A stretch of 64,000 bases of DNA from the NCBI GenBank assembly GCA_040954595.2, contig CM082580.2:1912783-1976782 (forward strand). Reading direction: 5' to 3'. Numbering within the stretch: the stretch's first letter is position 1; every line of letters begins with the position of its first letter. The notes under the pieces are model-generated. The model was not told where the DNA came from, did no database searches, and worked only from the letters and a program-made list of their open reading frames with translations. The stretch comes from Balanoglossus misakiensis (taxonomy: Eukaryota > Animalia > Hemichordata). Of the stretch, positions 1-12,974 are shown piece after piece. The translations under genes and the position numbers were made by a program.

Positions 1-756
1 ACTTCAATCTGCCAGTTGGCACACGGATCAGTGTTATCCATCCTGCAAACCAGCATCTAGTCTCTGCATGGTACTATTGGTAGTCGGACTTCAATCTGCC
101 AGTTGGCACACGGATCAGTGTTCTCCATCCTGCAAACCAGCATCTAGTCTCTGCATGGTACTATTGGTAGTCGGACTTCAATCTGCCAGTTGGCACACAG
201 ATCAGTGTTCTCCATCCTGCAAACCAGCATCTAGTCTCTGCATGGTACTATTGGTAGTCGGACTTCAATCTGCCAGTTGGCACACAGATCAGTGTTCTCC
301 ATCCTGCAAACCAGCATCTAGTCTCTGCATGGTACTATTGGTAGTCGGACTTCAATCTGCCAGTTGGCACACAGATCAGTGTTCTCCATCCTGCAAACCA
401 GCATCTAGTCTCTGCATGGTACTATTGGTAGTCGGACTTCAATCTGCCAGTTGGCACACAGATCAGTGTTCTCCATCCTGCAAACCAGCATCTAGTCTCT
501 GCATGGTACTATTGGTAGTCGGACTTCAATCTGCCAGTTGGCACACAGATCAGTGTTCTCCATCCTGCAAACCAGCATCTAGTCTCTGCATGGTACTATT
601 GGTAGTCGGACTTCAATCTGCCAGTTGGCACACAGATCAGTGTTCTCCATCCTGCAAACCAGCATCTAGTCTCTGCATGGTACTATTGGTAGTCGGACTT
701 CAATCTGCCAGTTGGCACACAGATCAGTGTTCTCCATCCTGCAAACCAGCCTCTAG
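1..756. repeat. 87-bp minisatellite, about 8.7 near-identical copies, running off the window start
   Basis: Unit ACTTCAATCTGCCAGTTGGCACAC...GGTAGTCGG recurs every 87 nt; ORF 68..790 is only the 29-aa periodic translation. Confidence 0.97.
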
Positions 757-1364
757 TTTCCCGTGTCTGAAAAAAAGCAAACAGATGTAGTTCAGGAAAA
801 TGAGGAGTAATTCAACTGCATGTGACACAAAAGACAGCTTCCCGCGATACAAACACCCTCTATAACTCCAGGCTTTGTCTTTGCAGTACACAGGCCATGT
901 AATGCAAATTGTGTAAGAATCCATCAAGTTTTACTTTATGCAGGCTACATGACAATGATTCATGCTCAGTTTTTATGGACTTGTTATTTTGTGCCATTCT
1001 AAATGACTTCTGGGTGTTTGTAAAACTTGTAACGAGCAGTAATGAGCAGAAATTTGCAGTAATGACCAATAACATCCTAGAAATTGACAGAATGGGTAAT
1101 CACAAATACTGTGGAAATGACGATCGTTTCCAATTTCATAATAGTCATCTGAAGTTATGCAATCAGTGTCAATTATCATGACCATTTTCATGGAACTAAA
1201 CAGTTGTTTAATTTCATATCATTGCTGGAAAAAAGTCATCGTCAATGACTTCGTTCACGCTGGTTTGATCTTCTTGGTATTTGTGCTCAAGTGTTGGTTA
1301 GTTTTTGCATAACTTGAAATGTTGTGCGTTGACTTAGATGTTTTCATCTATGTTAACTGACATA

Positions 1365-2307
1365 CCGTATATTCTCGCAATTAAGCGCCACCCATGATTA
1401 GGCGCCAGTGATACCTGACTTTGCTACTTTTTACTTAAAATTAAGCGCCAGGATTTTTTTTTTTTTGAGGTGTGTGGACGTACGTGAATCATGGCAAGTA
1501 CTACCAGGGTTTAGGGATCTTGTCAAAATCAATGGGGGCTTGCTGCGTGAATAATAATTGACCTGAGCAGACAATGCATGCTTTGGGCTGATGTGCTATT
1601 TATTTACAAATTACAAGATGAAATCGGGCACATGTCAACCTCCTAATTTATGTAAATTATTATTCACTGCAAAAGACACAGGTGCCGGGCGTCTAGACAC
1701 TTGTCTTTTTCCTGTCGATCGATCGGCACCCGCTTACGTTACCGGCACTACCACCCAAGTTTGACCATATGGCCAGGGCTTTGAAATAATAGGACTAGTT
1801 TCAAGTTGTGAATGTTTGCGGTATTAATTTTCTCATGAATATTCACACAAAGTGAGTATTCACGCAACCTTGCTTGACCTTACATGTGTGAGAGCATGTG
1901 ATTACAAAGACGCATTTGGACTAAACCACTATACGTCAGTAGATTTTGTTGATGGTTCAGCCAGCATACTGTAATGCTGCTCGTAGTATTCACTTCGTTG
2001 ACAACTTTTTATTTCTGGAATATTTATTAGACAATACATTGAACTGACTGTATTTGAAAAGAAAATGTTAAAACTTTACATATGAATTTGAAACAGCCAT
2101 TCATTCACTGCGGACACCCCCTTAGGAGAACACTCATTGGAACGTCCCAAATCATTTGCATATGAATTAACAGGGTGCAGTATATATATACAGGGCGACC
2201 CATGAATAAGCGCCACCGGTTCTTGAAAGACTCATTTCTGCCTTTGTTTAGGCGCCACCAAAATTTGAAATGGTTAAAAAGTGGCGCTTATTTGTGAGAA
2301 TATACGG
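1365..2307 (+). mobile_element. Non-autonomous Tc1/mariner (pogo/Tigger-like) MITE, copy 1
   Basis: TIRs CCGTATATTCTCGCAATTAAGCGCCAC ... GTGGCGCTTATTTGTGAGAATATACGG; TA on both flanks (1363-64, 2308-09); near-identical second copy at 5209-6147. Confidence 0.9.
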
Positions 2308-2394
2308 TACTCTGAATGTTTGAAGAAACTTTACAAACCCCATAAAAATTCCCATCTACATAAAATGGAGCAGCAAACAGTTATATGGATGTTA

Positions 2395-3719
2395 GGCCAG
2401 AGAAAAAAAATCTTGTTCATTGGATTTTTTGGCCCTAGTTCCAGGAGCGGCGAGCGAAAAAAAAATTATATTTTTTTTAGGCTGACGGTAATCCGTGGTT
2501 CTCTGGCATATTTGCACAGATGCAGACATTGCGAGATAATTGTTTCCATTTTAACCAGAAATATCTCTGATACATGTACTGTACTTGTCACTGAATTCAA
2601 TACTATATTTCCCAACAATAACATATAGGCAATTACATTTACAGTTGGTGTTTGCACAACAAATTCCAAGTATTTCAACAGGCTCTCAGAATAAAATGAA
2701 ATGCACAGCAAATCACTGAAATCCAACAATTTAGTATTGACCTTTAATATTGTCCTGGTGGGACCTTGCATTTGAATGTTTTTCATGTTACTTTGGCCCC
2801 ATCTCTTGGTCTCTTTACAACTGTCTCTACATTTTTTACACAATGGTCTAACAACACTGTACAGACTATCTCTCACTGCACACACACTGTTCTGGTCGCG
2901 GTAGCCATGTCTAATTTGTTCCAGTCTGCACCAAGTTCATCAAACAGCTGAATAATATCATTGTAATAGTTTGTGGAAACCATCTATTTTGTCAGGCAGA
3001 CTGACTTCAGTAACAATGGACATCATGATTAAAATCGCATTTTGAATGTGGCTGCCAGTATGAGATGGTGCTGTACAGGCGGAAGTAGATGGAATGGCTT
3101 TGTGTGCAAATTGATTGCCAGAAGTAAACACATTGGAAACTACAAACTTCATGTTGAACTCGCTGCAGATTTGATACCTCAGATCCTGCTATAACATCAA
3201 CACAACCATGTGTTTTGTCACTGTCATATATTTTTAAACTTTTGATGCAATTTTCATTCAATCAAATGCACCATCAATCTGCTGTGACGATCTTGTTAAA
3301 CAAATTACAGAACGAAACATCAGGACAAACACTGAATAGCGTCTTTCGAACAAATCTGTTTGTCGTCACATCGAATGTATGTGATCAACTTAATACTCAT
3401 GATGTGACATGTACCAACATGTACTAATATAGAACGAGGACATTTCTGCCCAAAGCTACCTACTTTGCGTTGTCATTCGCCCAATTTCAGACATCAGAAC
3501 AATGTGTTTGCGGTCAACTCAGTCCAAACATGTCGGAAGTCTAATTCAAAATCCTGTGCTCGTGAAAACCTGAAAAAGTGTAGGGCGCCACCAAAGGCAG
3601 TACTAAGAATATTTGTAATGCAGAAGTAAGAATTTGCCACGATCCAAAAAAATAAAAATTCCAAAACAGCCAAAGTAGAAGCAGCAATTCCATGAACAAT
3701 TTATTTTTTCTTCCTGGCC
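2395..3719 (-). mobile_element. Degraded TIR DNA transposon with TWA target duplication (Zator- or PIF/Harbinger-like)
   Basis: Imperfect ~33-bp TIRs GGCCAGAGAAAAAAAATCTTGTTCATTGGATT / AATTCCATGAACAATTTATTTTTTCTTCCTGGCC; TTA on both flanks; broken Cys-containing minus-strand ORF remnants inside (YSVVRPLCKKCRDSCKE). Confidence 0.7.
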
Positions 3720-5036
3720 TTAAGTCTTATTATTTTTTTGTCTTTTTCCACATTATCAGTAAAAAATCTTCATTTCTGAAGTGATAGGCTGACTTTCTTG
3801 AAATTTAGTATGAAGCTTCTTACAGGTTGTCTGATATACCATATTTTTTTGTTTAAATTGTTGAATAACTGCATGTCAGAGTGCTTTGAAGTTTGAAATT
3901 TGTTAGGCGTGTTCCTAGAGGTAACCCCAAAAAGATGCTGTAAAACAATTTGTGATATTTGCATAATTGCAAGATTGGTAAAAAATGTGCAATTTTTGTC
4001 AAAAATTGTTTTCTCTGAAACCGCTTGTCACATTGCTATAAACTATGGCAGACATGTTCCTTGAGGTGATTGAAGATATTGTACAATTATGGAGATATTT
4101 GCACATTTGTGTTTTTTTGCCACTTTTGAACATTCAAATATTGTTTTCTGTGAAACTGATTGTTGGATTGCTTTTCATAAATTTCTTTTTGGTTTATATC
4201 AAAACTTCTCCAAAACCAATTGTCCAGTTGCTTTGAAAGTTACTCTTTACAAGGAGTTGGTACCCCCAACTTAGACATGTTTACATAACTTTAATAGGCC
4301 AGCTGTTACAGAGACCACCATCTATTAAATATTTTAAGAGTGAATGGCACGTCAGTGAGCGTCTCTGTCTGTCTGTGTGTCTGCCTGTCTGTTACAGGGC
4401 TGACTGAAAGAAGTTGGTCATTATATGTGTTTGTACAGACAATTTTTGCTCAAAAACAATTTCGCCAATATTTTTCCGGAGTCCACAGCTAGTTCAGAAA
4501 ATAAAAACTTAATAATGTGTAGTGGAGATGTCAAAGTTTATTCAAGGCAAACTGATAATGTGGGGCATGCTCCAAAATCTGAACAGACACCGAGCAACTC
4601 AGGTTGTGTGTCAAGCTAACTCGTGTAACGCGACTTATATGCTGCTTATATTCATCATTGGAAACCACAGGCGTCAGAAAAAATGCTTTGTTAGTATTCC
4701 GTACTGTAAAGTAGCTAAAATTGAAAAATCAACAGCTCAGATAATCTCCCCGTTTCACGTCATACGAGCGCTTACGCTATGTTCAGTCCTTGCCATATAC
4801 CCTACTAACACATAAAGAGATCTCTTTATGTGATAGTGGGGTAATTTCTTGACAGGTCATATTAGTGGCTCGTTATTTATTCATGCTATGTATCTCTTGC
4901 TTTTTATTGCTCATCGCTGTTCGTTTTTGCTAATTACTTTCAAATTTGTATCTATCAATTTGTCATAGATGGCATGAGTCCGGTGATGGGTGGGAACTGC
5001 ATGTGGTTATTTTTGGTCGTTATTGCTCCATTTTAA

Positions 5037-6545
5037 AGGTACATGAGCTGCAAAAAAAATTCCACAATAAGATGGGGTCATAGCTTAAAGGTACAATTTT
5101 ATGAGCTGCAACTGGATAAAAAAATTAAAGTTTTAAATAATCTCATATATACTTTTAATTATGTCTATTAAATGATATTTCATGATGATATATCAAGCTC
5201 AACACTTACCGTATATTCTCACAAATAAGCGCCACTTTTTAACCATTTCAAATTTTGGTGGCACCTAAACAAAGGCAGAAATGAGTCTTTCAAGAACCGG
5301 TGGCGCTTTTTCATGGGTCGCCCTGTATATATATACTGTACCCTGTTAATTCATATGCAAATGATTTGGGACGTTCCAATGAGTGTTCTCCTAAGGGGGT
5401 GTCCGCAGTGAATGAATGGCTGTTTCGAAGTCATATGTAAAGTTTTAACATTTGCTATTCAAATACAGTCAGTTCAATGTATTGTCTAATAAATATTCCA
5501 GAAATAAAAAGTTGTCAACGAAGTGAATACTACGAGCAGCATTACAGTATGCTGGCTGAACCATCAACAAAATCTACTGACGTATAGTGGTTTAGTCCAA
5601 GTGCGTCTTTGTAATCACATGCTCTCACACATGTAAGGTCAAGCAAGGTTGCGTGAATACTCACTTTGCGTGAATATTCATGAGAAAATTAATACCGCAA
5701 ACATTCACAACTTGAAACTAGTCCTATTATTTCAAAGCCCTGGCCATATGGTCAAACTTGGGTGGTAGTGCCGGTAACGTAAGCGGGTGCCGATCGATCG
5801 ACAGGAAAAAGACAAGTGTCTAGACGCCCGGCACCTGTGTCTTTTGCAGTGAATAATAATTTACATAAATTAGGAGGTTGACATGTGCCCAATTTCATCT
5901 TGTAAATAAATAGCACATCAGCCCAAAGCATGCATTGTCTGCTCAGGGCAATTATTATTCACGCAGCAGGCCCCCGTTGATTTTGACAAAATCCCTAAAC
6001 CCTGGTAGTACTTGCCATGATTCACGTACGTCCACACACCTCAAAAAAAAAAAAAAATTCCTGGCACTTAATTTTCAGTAAAAAGTAGCAAAGTCAGGTA
6101 TCACTGGCGCCTAATCATGGGTGGCGCTTAATTGCGAGAATATACGGTATTTATGACAAAATGGCCAAAAAGTAAAGAAAAACGAAAATTCCTGCAATTG
6201 TTAAAACAGTGCAATATTACAATGAAAAAGGAAAATATAATGTCACAGCAGTGTACATATACTTCCATGAGCTCAAGTGGATGAGATCATGTTTTGTTTA
6301 TGAAGTTTCACAACCGGAAATGCAACATTTTCATTGTTACTTGCTTTTTCCCAGGGTGACGGCCATATTTGCTTGCGGCAAAGCTTTATCATTTATCTGG
6401 TTAAAACTTGCATATGCACTCATATTTAGGGTTTATAATGCTTGTGTAACAGTATAGTTCACTGCCTTCATCTGCATGGACTAATGGTAGTGCAGTTTGA
6501 AACAAAAATTATGATAATTATCCCAAAAGTTGCAGCTTATGTGCT
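5037..6545. mobile_element. Kolobok-like non-autonomous element hosting MITE copy 2
   Basis: TTAA|AGGTACATGAGCTGCAA ... TTGCAGCTTATGTGCT|TTAA: imperfect TIR, AG..CT termini, TTAA flanks. Confidence 0.5.
5209..6147 (-). mobile_element. pogo/Tigger-like MITE, copy 2, inverted relative to 1365-2307
   Basis: Reverse complement of 1365-2307 along its whole length with few differences; TA flanks at 5207-08 and 6148-49. Confidence 0.9.
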
Positions 6546-6831
6546 TTAATCATTCTATTTATTTCAAGTTCATTATTGGTCATTACTGTAGGTTCTGCTC
6601 ATTACAAGTTTTAGAAACACCTGTGTTTTGTTGGCACATGATTCAACATTACACACAACATGCGTCCCTTTTGTGTAGTAGACAATATTATTGTTTTGGG
6701 ATGATTTACAACTATATGCACAGATTCAGTGTGTAAGGTTGGCTGATCCAGAGTTTAAACTCAAAATGGTTCAATTATACCAACAAAAAACCAGGATGTA
6801 AAGGTCACACAGGGGTCAAGATTCACCATAC

Positions 6832-6950
6832 CTTTCCACCACGTTTTCAACACTCTGGCTTTTCGGCTGAAAGCGGCCAGTGCCTCATCCATTTGTTCGA
6901 ATTGTTGGTGGTAGTCGTTCTTGTTTTTTTCATGCTGCAGATTATCCCAG
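6832..6950 (-). CDS. Putative coding exon of an unidentified minus-strand gene ((S)WDNLQHEKNKNDYHQQFEQMDEALAAFSRKARVLKTWWK)
   Basis: Acceptor tatctttcag and donor G|gtatgg; open frame; phase matches the exon ending at 8540. Confidence 0.55.
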
Positions 6951-6986
6951 CTGAAAGATACCCAAGACATTACAACATTAGAGATA

Positions 6987-7543
6987 CTGTAAAACATGTT
7001 ATTTTCGTGAGTTGAAATTTTTCGTGACATCGAAAGAGGCCACTGTTACGCGAGAGTTAATTTTCGCGCTCTCATGCAAATTGTTCTTTCACAATTATAT
7101 TTCGCGTATTTTTTGCTCTCCCGTATTTTGCTTAAATTTATTACTCGCGAAAATAACCTGTTCTCACACTCCTGGCACGCTGGGTGTGTAAGAACAAAGT
7201 GTGAGAACAATTTGTTCTCACACTCTCACTGAATTGAAAGCTGTATATGACGCGAGGGCTGATTGGTTGACAAAGCGTTATTTTGCTAGGCGCGCTAAAA
7301 GTTATCCAATGGCACGATGTGTATGACAGGAACAGAGACTACAACGTGCCCCCAGACGACAGTTCCAGCGTCATTTATTCAATGTTTTTAACGAATTTGG
7401 CTAATTTGTGACCGTGTGAGAAAAATAATCTCACACACCAAGGACCTGGGATCATATTTCTCACACTCGTCGGGAAAATCCCCAACTCGTGTGAGAAATA
7501 CGATCCCAGGTCCTTGGGAGTGTGAGATTCTATTGTTCCACAG
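6987..7543. mobile_element. Small TcMar-like MITE whose right TIR is interrupted by a second element
   Basis: TA|CTGTAAAACATGTTATTTTCGTGAGT; removing the insert restores the right TIR ACTCGCGAAAATAACCTGTTCCACAG|TA. Confidence 0.65.
7159..7538. mobile_element. Hairpin-rich non-autonomous element bounded by TGTTC direct repeats; related copy at about 46060-46600
   Basis: TGTTC at 7159-63 and 7534-38; long internal inverted repeat near the 3' end (TCTCACAC..CCAAGGACCTGGGATC / GATCCCAGGTCCTTGG..GTGTGAGA). Confidence 0.6.
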
Positions 7544-8539
7544 TAGTTGATAGTATGCACAAGACTCATGGGCCCAAACTGACTCATATTTCAGCAATTT
7601 ACGGGTTATTTTCAGTGATTTCCAAAATTGTTAGACACGTATGTGCACCCTCTTCAAGAAACTGCCACATTCTTGGTATATACACACAAAAATGAAAGCT
7701 AAGACATTATTGAAAAAGACGCAATTTAAAAGATGGTGGTTTGATCCAAATATGTTTTTTTCAAAAGTCTGGCCAATATACAAACAAACGGGTGGCCCCT
7801 GATGAGAAAATGCAATGGACCATATTGGCCCCTACATGCCAACAACAATTCAAATTCTGGGTCAGCACTACTGTAATATTTGCAGACACCTTTTCAATTT
7901 TGGTGGACCCAATTTTCATTTGTATGGACCCAATATATACAAAATTTGGCTGAGGCGTTTTGCAGCCAGACCACGTTATTTTTTTTTTCATTTGGGTGCA
8001 ATTTGACGACCTCATCCGTATTTTCCTGGGTGATGCAACAACTCTGTCCACAACTCAGAGCATTTTCACTGCTTTAATTCCTTTTTTTTACAATTAGTGA
8101 CTGTTGACAAAATTACTACCACATAATTAGACCGTTTGATTTTGGTTGGCAGAAAAAGTCTAAGACCATGTTCCTTTTGGGTGTACATTATTTTTGAACT
8201 GCTTGAGGCTGGGCCGACCAGTCATGCAGTACATGATGACTACAATACTGTCATGAGATACCACATGTACAATGTGCAAATCTTATGAGTGTGCTCTGAT
8301 TGAAATGAAAATTGTGTCCTGCAAAATATAATGGGCCATCGGAAGCAGAAAGAGGTCTGCAATACTTATGACCATAAGACCCTTCTCTGCTTGGGATGGC
8401 CCAAATGTGACTGCAATATTAGAGTACATACCACATAATCAGACCGCTGAATTTTTGTTGGCAGAAAGGTGCCACTGTAGTATATCATGTACCGGTATAT
8501 TCAACTTTACAAATATATCCAAGTGTACGCCACACCTAC

Positions 8540-8734
8540 CTTGTCTCCTGCTGGAGTGTTTCAAACGTTTGCGCCAATTTCGTGAAATCCATCAACATGG
8601 CCTCATTCTGTTCAATCTAATTGGATTTTTAATCGTGCTTGTTGCTTAAGAAGAAGCATTTTACGGCTACAGAAGATCTCTGTTACTTCTTCTATCGTGA
8701 AATTATCTTTGGCGTGTTGACTCTTGTGCAGAAC
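8540..8734 (-). pseudogene. Putative exon of the minus-strand gene with an apparent frameshift (VLHKSQHAKDNFTIEEV... then IEQNEAMLMDFTKLAQTFETLQQET)
   Basis: Strong acceptor ttttttttttcctcag, donor AG|gtagg; the 3' part joins exon 6832-6950 in frame, but every frame read from the strong acceptor hits a stop. Confidence 0.4.
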
Positions 8735-8932
8735 CTGAGGAAAAAAAAAATAGTGTAAAATATTGCCTGTAGAAGAGGTGTTTCCAGTAGTCTCGTTCCT
8801 GGCTGTGTCAGCTAAAAGGCAAGGGTCAGGTATGGGCTGCCGTCTTGCACAAATTTCTGTCCAGCCATGCCCAAGATGACTGCTTCCAACGTTTGCACAC
8901 AGGTACTGTCAAAGTCAGGTGCACCACACAAA

Positions 8933-9074
8933 ATCCATCCATCCATCCTATCCATCCATCCATACATACATACATACATACATACATACATACATACATA
9001 CATACATACACGCAGTATGCACGCACGCACACGCACATGCACGCACGCACATACAAACATACATACATACATAC
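8933..9074. repeat. (CCAT)n/(CATA)n/(CACG)n microsatellite, left part
   Basis: Direct inspection; it generates the HTYI/MYVC pseudo-ORFs. Confidence 0.95.
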
Positions 9075-10997
9075 CAGGGCTTGCGTTTGATATTTAATTT
9101 TTTACATACAGTGCACGCAAAGAGCCAAAAAAATTTGCGTGAAATTGTATTTGAATTACGTGCAACAAAATAGCGATAGACAAAGCAGGCTTTCAGATAA
9201 TGAGTTTTCCCTTCATGTCTAGACGGTCCAACACAAAAAAAATCTTTAAGGAAAATGACCGGGAAGCCCTACTTACTTTTTATATCTAATGGTTTCTGCG
9301 TGCATAAATTATAGGGCCGACACGTGCCAAGTTTGTGGCCTGGGTTACCGCACGTACATCACTGTGCGTCCTGCTACAGCATACAAGCGCGCGTACGCGT
9401 ATATGTGTACAGGGCGCCCAACCGACCAACCTTGAAAAGGCACCCCGTATAGCCCATCCCTTACGAAAAAATAAGGCTTCTGGCGAACAGTTGTGGTAAA
9501 CTTGCCGCAACTTTGCGGCACATATACCGCAACTGTTTGCGGCGCACGCGCGGCTAATGCATATTTTCGCATGCAAATGAGCTGTTGCGGCGCATAGTTG
9601 CGGTAAACATACCGCAACTTTGTGGCACATATGCGGCACGTATGCCAAAACGGGTTTGCGGCGTACATGCCGCAAAATCTGACCTCTTGCAACTTTGCGG
9701 CGCATATACCGCAACTGTTTGCGGCGCACGCGCGGCCAATGCATATTTTCGCATGCAAATGAGCTGTTGCGGCGCACAGTTGCGGTAAACATACCGCAAC
9801 TTTGCGGCACATATGCCGCAAATTATGACCTCTTGTTAATACATGTAATTAATCCCTACTGTGGCCCCTTCCTAGCTACCAGCCACCCGTGAAAAGAATT
9901 GCCAATCTATCCATTCTATTCTGAAGTATCTTGGTTCAGCAAATCTTAATTCTCATGTGAATTTGGTGTGTCATATTCATACATGTACTTCCCATAAGGA
10001 GAGTTATCCCAAGTATATTCAACAGGCTTAGACAAAACATCCTTTCTTTGTGAAATTGTGACCCTCATTGTTTATTTCAACAGCAGGCATTATTTTATAG
10101 TTATCTCAAGTGATTCAACTACCACAGAAACCAACAAAATTTAGAAAACTCACCCAGCTGTATACATGTCATTGCAATGCTCTTGTCTCAAGTGTCCTCT
10201 TACTGGTATATGTCTTGGATCAACACCAGAGTTTTTCTTTTGCAGATACTTTTCCATTTAGTCTGACTTTAAGTACAAGATTATGACAATCATCCTCAGG
10301 AAATTGTTCAAACTACTGACCTCTGGTAATGCACAAATATCGCTACCACAGTATTCAAGTGAAGCAGCTTCCAGCTGTATGGATTGGTGACATCAAATTC
10401 ATGGTTTTTGATGGGCATAGAGATCCCAGTGTAACCTTACACAATCAAAATGTCCGCCTAAATGAAATCAGCCTCATTCTCGTTTCTGCACATGTCACCA
10501 AAAAGTAATTATTAACTAGCTGAGCATTCAAATTATGTTAATTGAACTTTCTGGCATATATACCACAACCGTGCCGCAACAGACTCCACTGATCACGAGA
10601 TAATATCAAACTCCCTGTTTACTTTACTTTTGCGGTATATGCGCCGCAAAAGGCTCCACTGATCACCAGTAGTACAAGACACTCTGTGTTTACTTAAATG
10701 TTGCGGCATACGTGCCGCAAAAGTCTTGACTGATCGCCAGAAGTGTGCCGGTACTGGCGATCATCGGCGATTAGTCGCCACAAAGTTGCGGTCAGAAATT
10801 AGCGTGCCGCACATGTGCCGCAACTTCGCCGCATGTTTGCCGCAAGAAAACAACTTCGTAAGGGATTAGCCTCGCTAGATGTTATCTTTCAATGGATTTT
10901 TTTTGCGTACATGTCACGCAACTGTGACAAAATATTTGCGCACACACATTGTAGTTTTGCGTGAAAACGCAAGAAATAGACGTGAACGCGAGCCCTG
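9075..10997. mobile_element. hAT-like MITE inserted in the (CATA)n tract
   Basis: TIRs CAGGGCTTGCGTT ... AACGCGAGCCCTG; the target duplication is obscured by the microsatellite. Confidence 0.65.
9458..10864. mobile_element. CACTA/EnSpm-like non-autonomous element nested in the hAT-like MITE
   Basis: AT|CCCTTACGAA ... TTCGTAAGGG|AT (2-bp duplication, CCC termini) with dense subterminal GCGGCA/TGCCGC repeats at both ends. Confidence 0.75.
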
Positions 10998-11161
10998 CAT
11001 ACATACATACATACATACATATGCATGCAGAATGCATGCATGCATACATACATACATACATACATACATACATACATACATACATACATACATACATACA
11101 TACATACAAACATACATATGCATGCAGCATGCATGCATGCATACATACATACATACATACA

Positions 11162-11192
<31 letters not shown>

Positions 11193-11302
11193 GCATGCAG
11201 CATGCATGCATGCATACATACATACATACATACATACATACATACATACTTACATATGCATGCAGCATGCATGCATACATACATACATACATACATACAT
11301 AC
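10998..11302. repeat. (CATA)n/(GCAT)n compound microsatellite, right part
   Basis: Direct inspection. Confidence 0.95.
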
Positions 11303-12240
11303 TCACTCCATCAGTTCAACTCCTTCATTAATTCAACCACCCACTATTCTTTGGAAAATTAATTATTATAACCTTCAATTGTTTGACCACTGATTAAATG
11401 CATGATATTGATATTGTATATTTTTCAAGAAGATATCTGCAACTTCTACCTTCCAAGGTATTAAGAACTCACTGATTTTATTCTGTGTGACTTTTAACAG
11501 TTCAATTCTATCATAAATATCACCAAAACTACATGCTTATAATGCATGCAATTCATGTCATGCAAACATGCCCCCTGAAAAATTATTCAAGCACTTTGAG
11601 CGGCCATTTTTGTTTTATGTTATTTTTATTCTATTAGTTTGCCTTTTCACTAATCATATATATTTTTTTCTGGTCGAACTGATGGAGTGATTACGGTAAA
11701 TTCATACATACACACACATACATAGTACATACACACACAAATACATACATATATACATACATAAATTGCCATAACAGTTTAATGTGCTCATACTTACGAA
11801 AACACAACACACCACTGCTAAAACAGCAACTGTGATCAGAAGCCATTGCCAGTTAACCTCATAGAGCTTGAAAGAGAAAATATAACTGATAAGTGATAAT
11901 GCACCTCTATACCAAATACAGATCTTACACATATTGAAATTTTGCATAATATTGTAGCACTTTAAAGTGAAGGGGTCAGCGCGCTGCGTTTGTTTGTTGA
12001 TAGACATTAGAATTCACCTTCAAATCCCTGAAATTAAATAATTCATAGAATGAACGAAGCAGCCAACCGTAGCATAGACTGGGCATGGCAGCAACTGAAG
12101 ATCCTGGTTGTGGTGACTACAGTGAGGTTTGTGCTGGTATATGAAGGGATATATTCTCATCAAGGGGGACACCCACCCGATGACCGCTTCCCTTTAAACA
12201 TTGTATGAAAGCACACGTCAGAACAACCAAAGCTACTTAC

Positions 12241-12279
12241 ATTGGGCTTTTCTGGGGGTTCATCTGGAGGATCTCTTGC
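12241..12279 (-). CDS. Putative exon (ARDPPDEPPEKPN)
   Basis: Acceptor ...tttgaactag, donor gtaagt, 39 nt, phase 0 matching exon 12975-13040. Confidence 0.5.
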
Positions 12280-12974
12280 CTAGTTCAAATTATACAAAAA
12301 AATAGAATTAGCAAATCCTTGAAACTGAAATGTTTAAAAACTTGGACAGAAAACATCACTAAGACAACAAATGATTTGTTACATTAAGTCTGTACAATAT
12401 GGCTACAGTTACATTCATGATTGCCATGGCATAAAGGTTAGAACTATCATGATCAGTGGTTCCGTTAATGCAAAATCCTGCGCATTTCAAAATGTCTGAC
12501 CATAATTACACAAAGATAATGAAGGATGCATACACCGCAAGTGCAAATTTGCAAATTGTATTCAGCGAGGCTTACAAGTTACGAATAATGCAGAAATGCA
12601 CAGAAATGTTACAATTTTCACTCAGGCAACATGACATTCATAGATCAAACTTTGTAATAATGTACCGGTACGGTGGTGTTCTATTCAGGCTTTCAAATGC
12701 CTACCCACTTGAGGCAAGATTGTTATATTTATGCAAAGTAAATTCTGAATGCATATTTAAGTATGCAAAGGAAAAATAATCGAACAGAACCTCTGTATCA
12801 TGTGATTGAACTTGTATGAACATGCAGGATGACACTCGCTTATTCATATAGTAGCTTTAAAAGCACATAGTTCTTGCGCCATGTGTGAACAAAATGTGTT
12901 TGGCTATTTCTGGGTTACAGATATGAAAAGAGAATTCAGTTTCAGGTTTTCTACAATTGTTGTAAATTACTTAC

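Noticed and set aside
68-790. 240-aa ORF
   Set aside because: It is the periodic translation of the 87-bp repeat, with no independent evidence of coding.
8812-11393. HTYI/MYVC-rich ORFs
   Set aside because: Artefacts of (CATA)n microsatellites.
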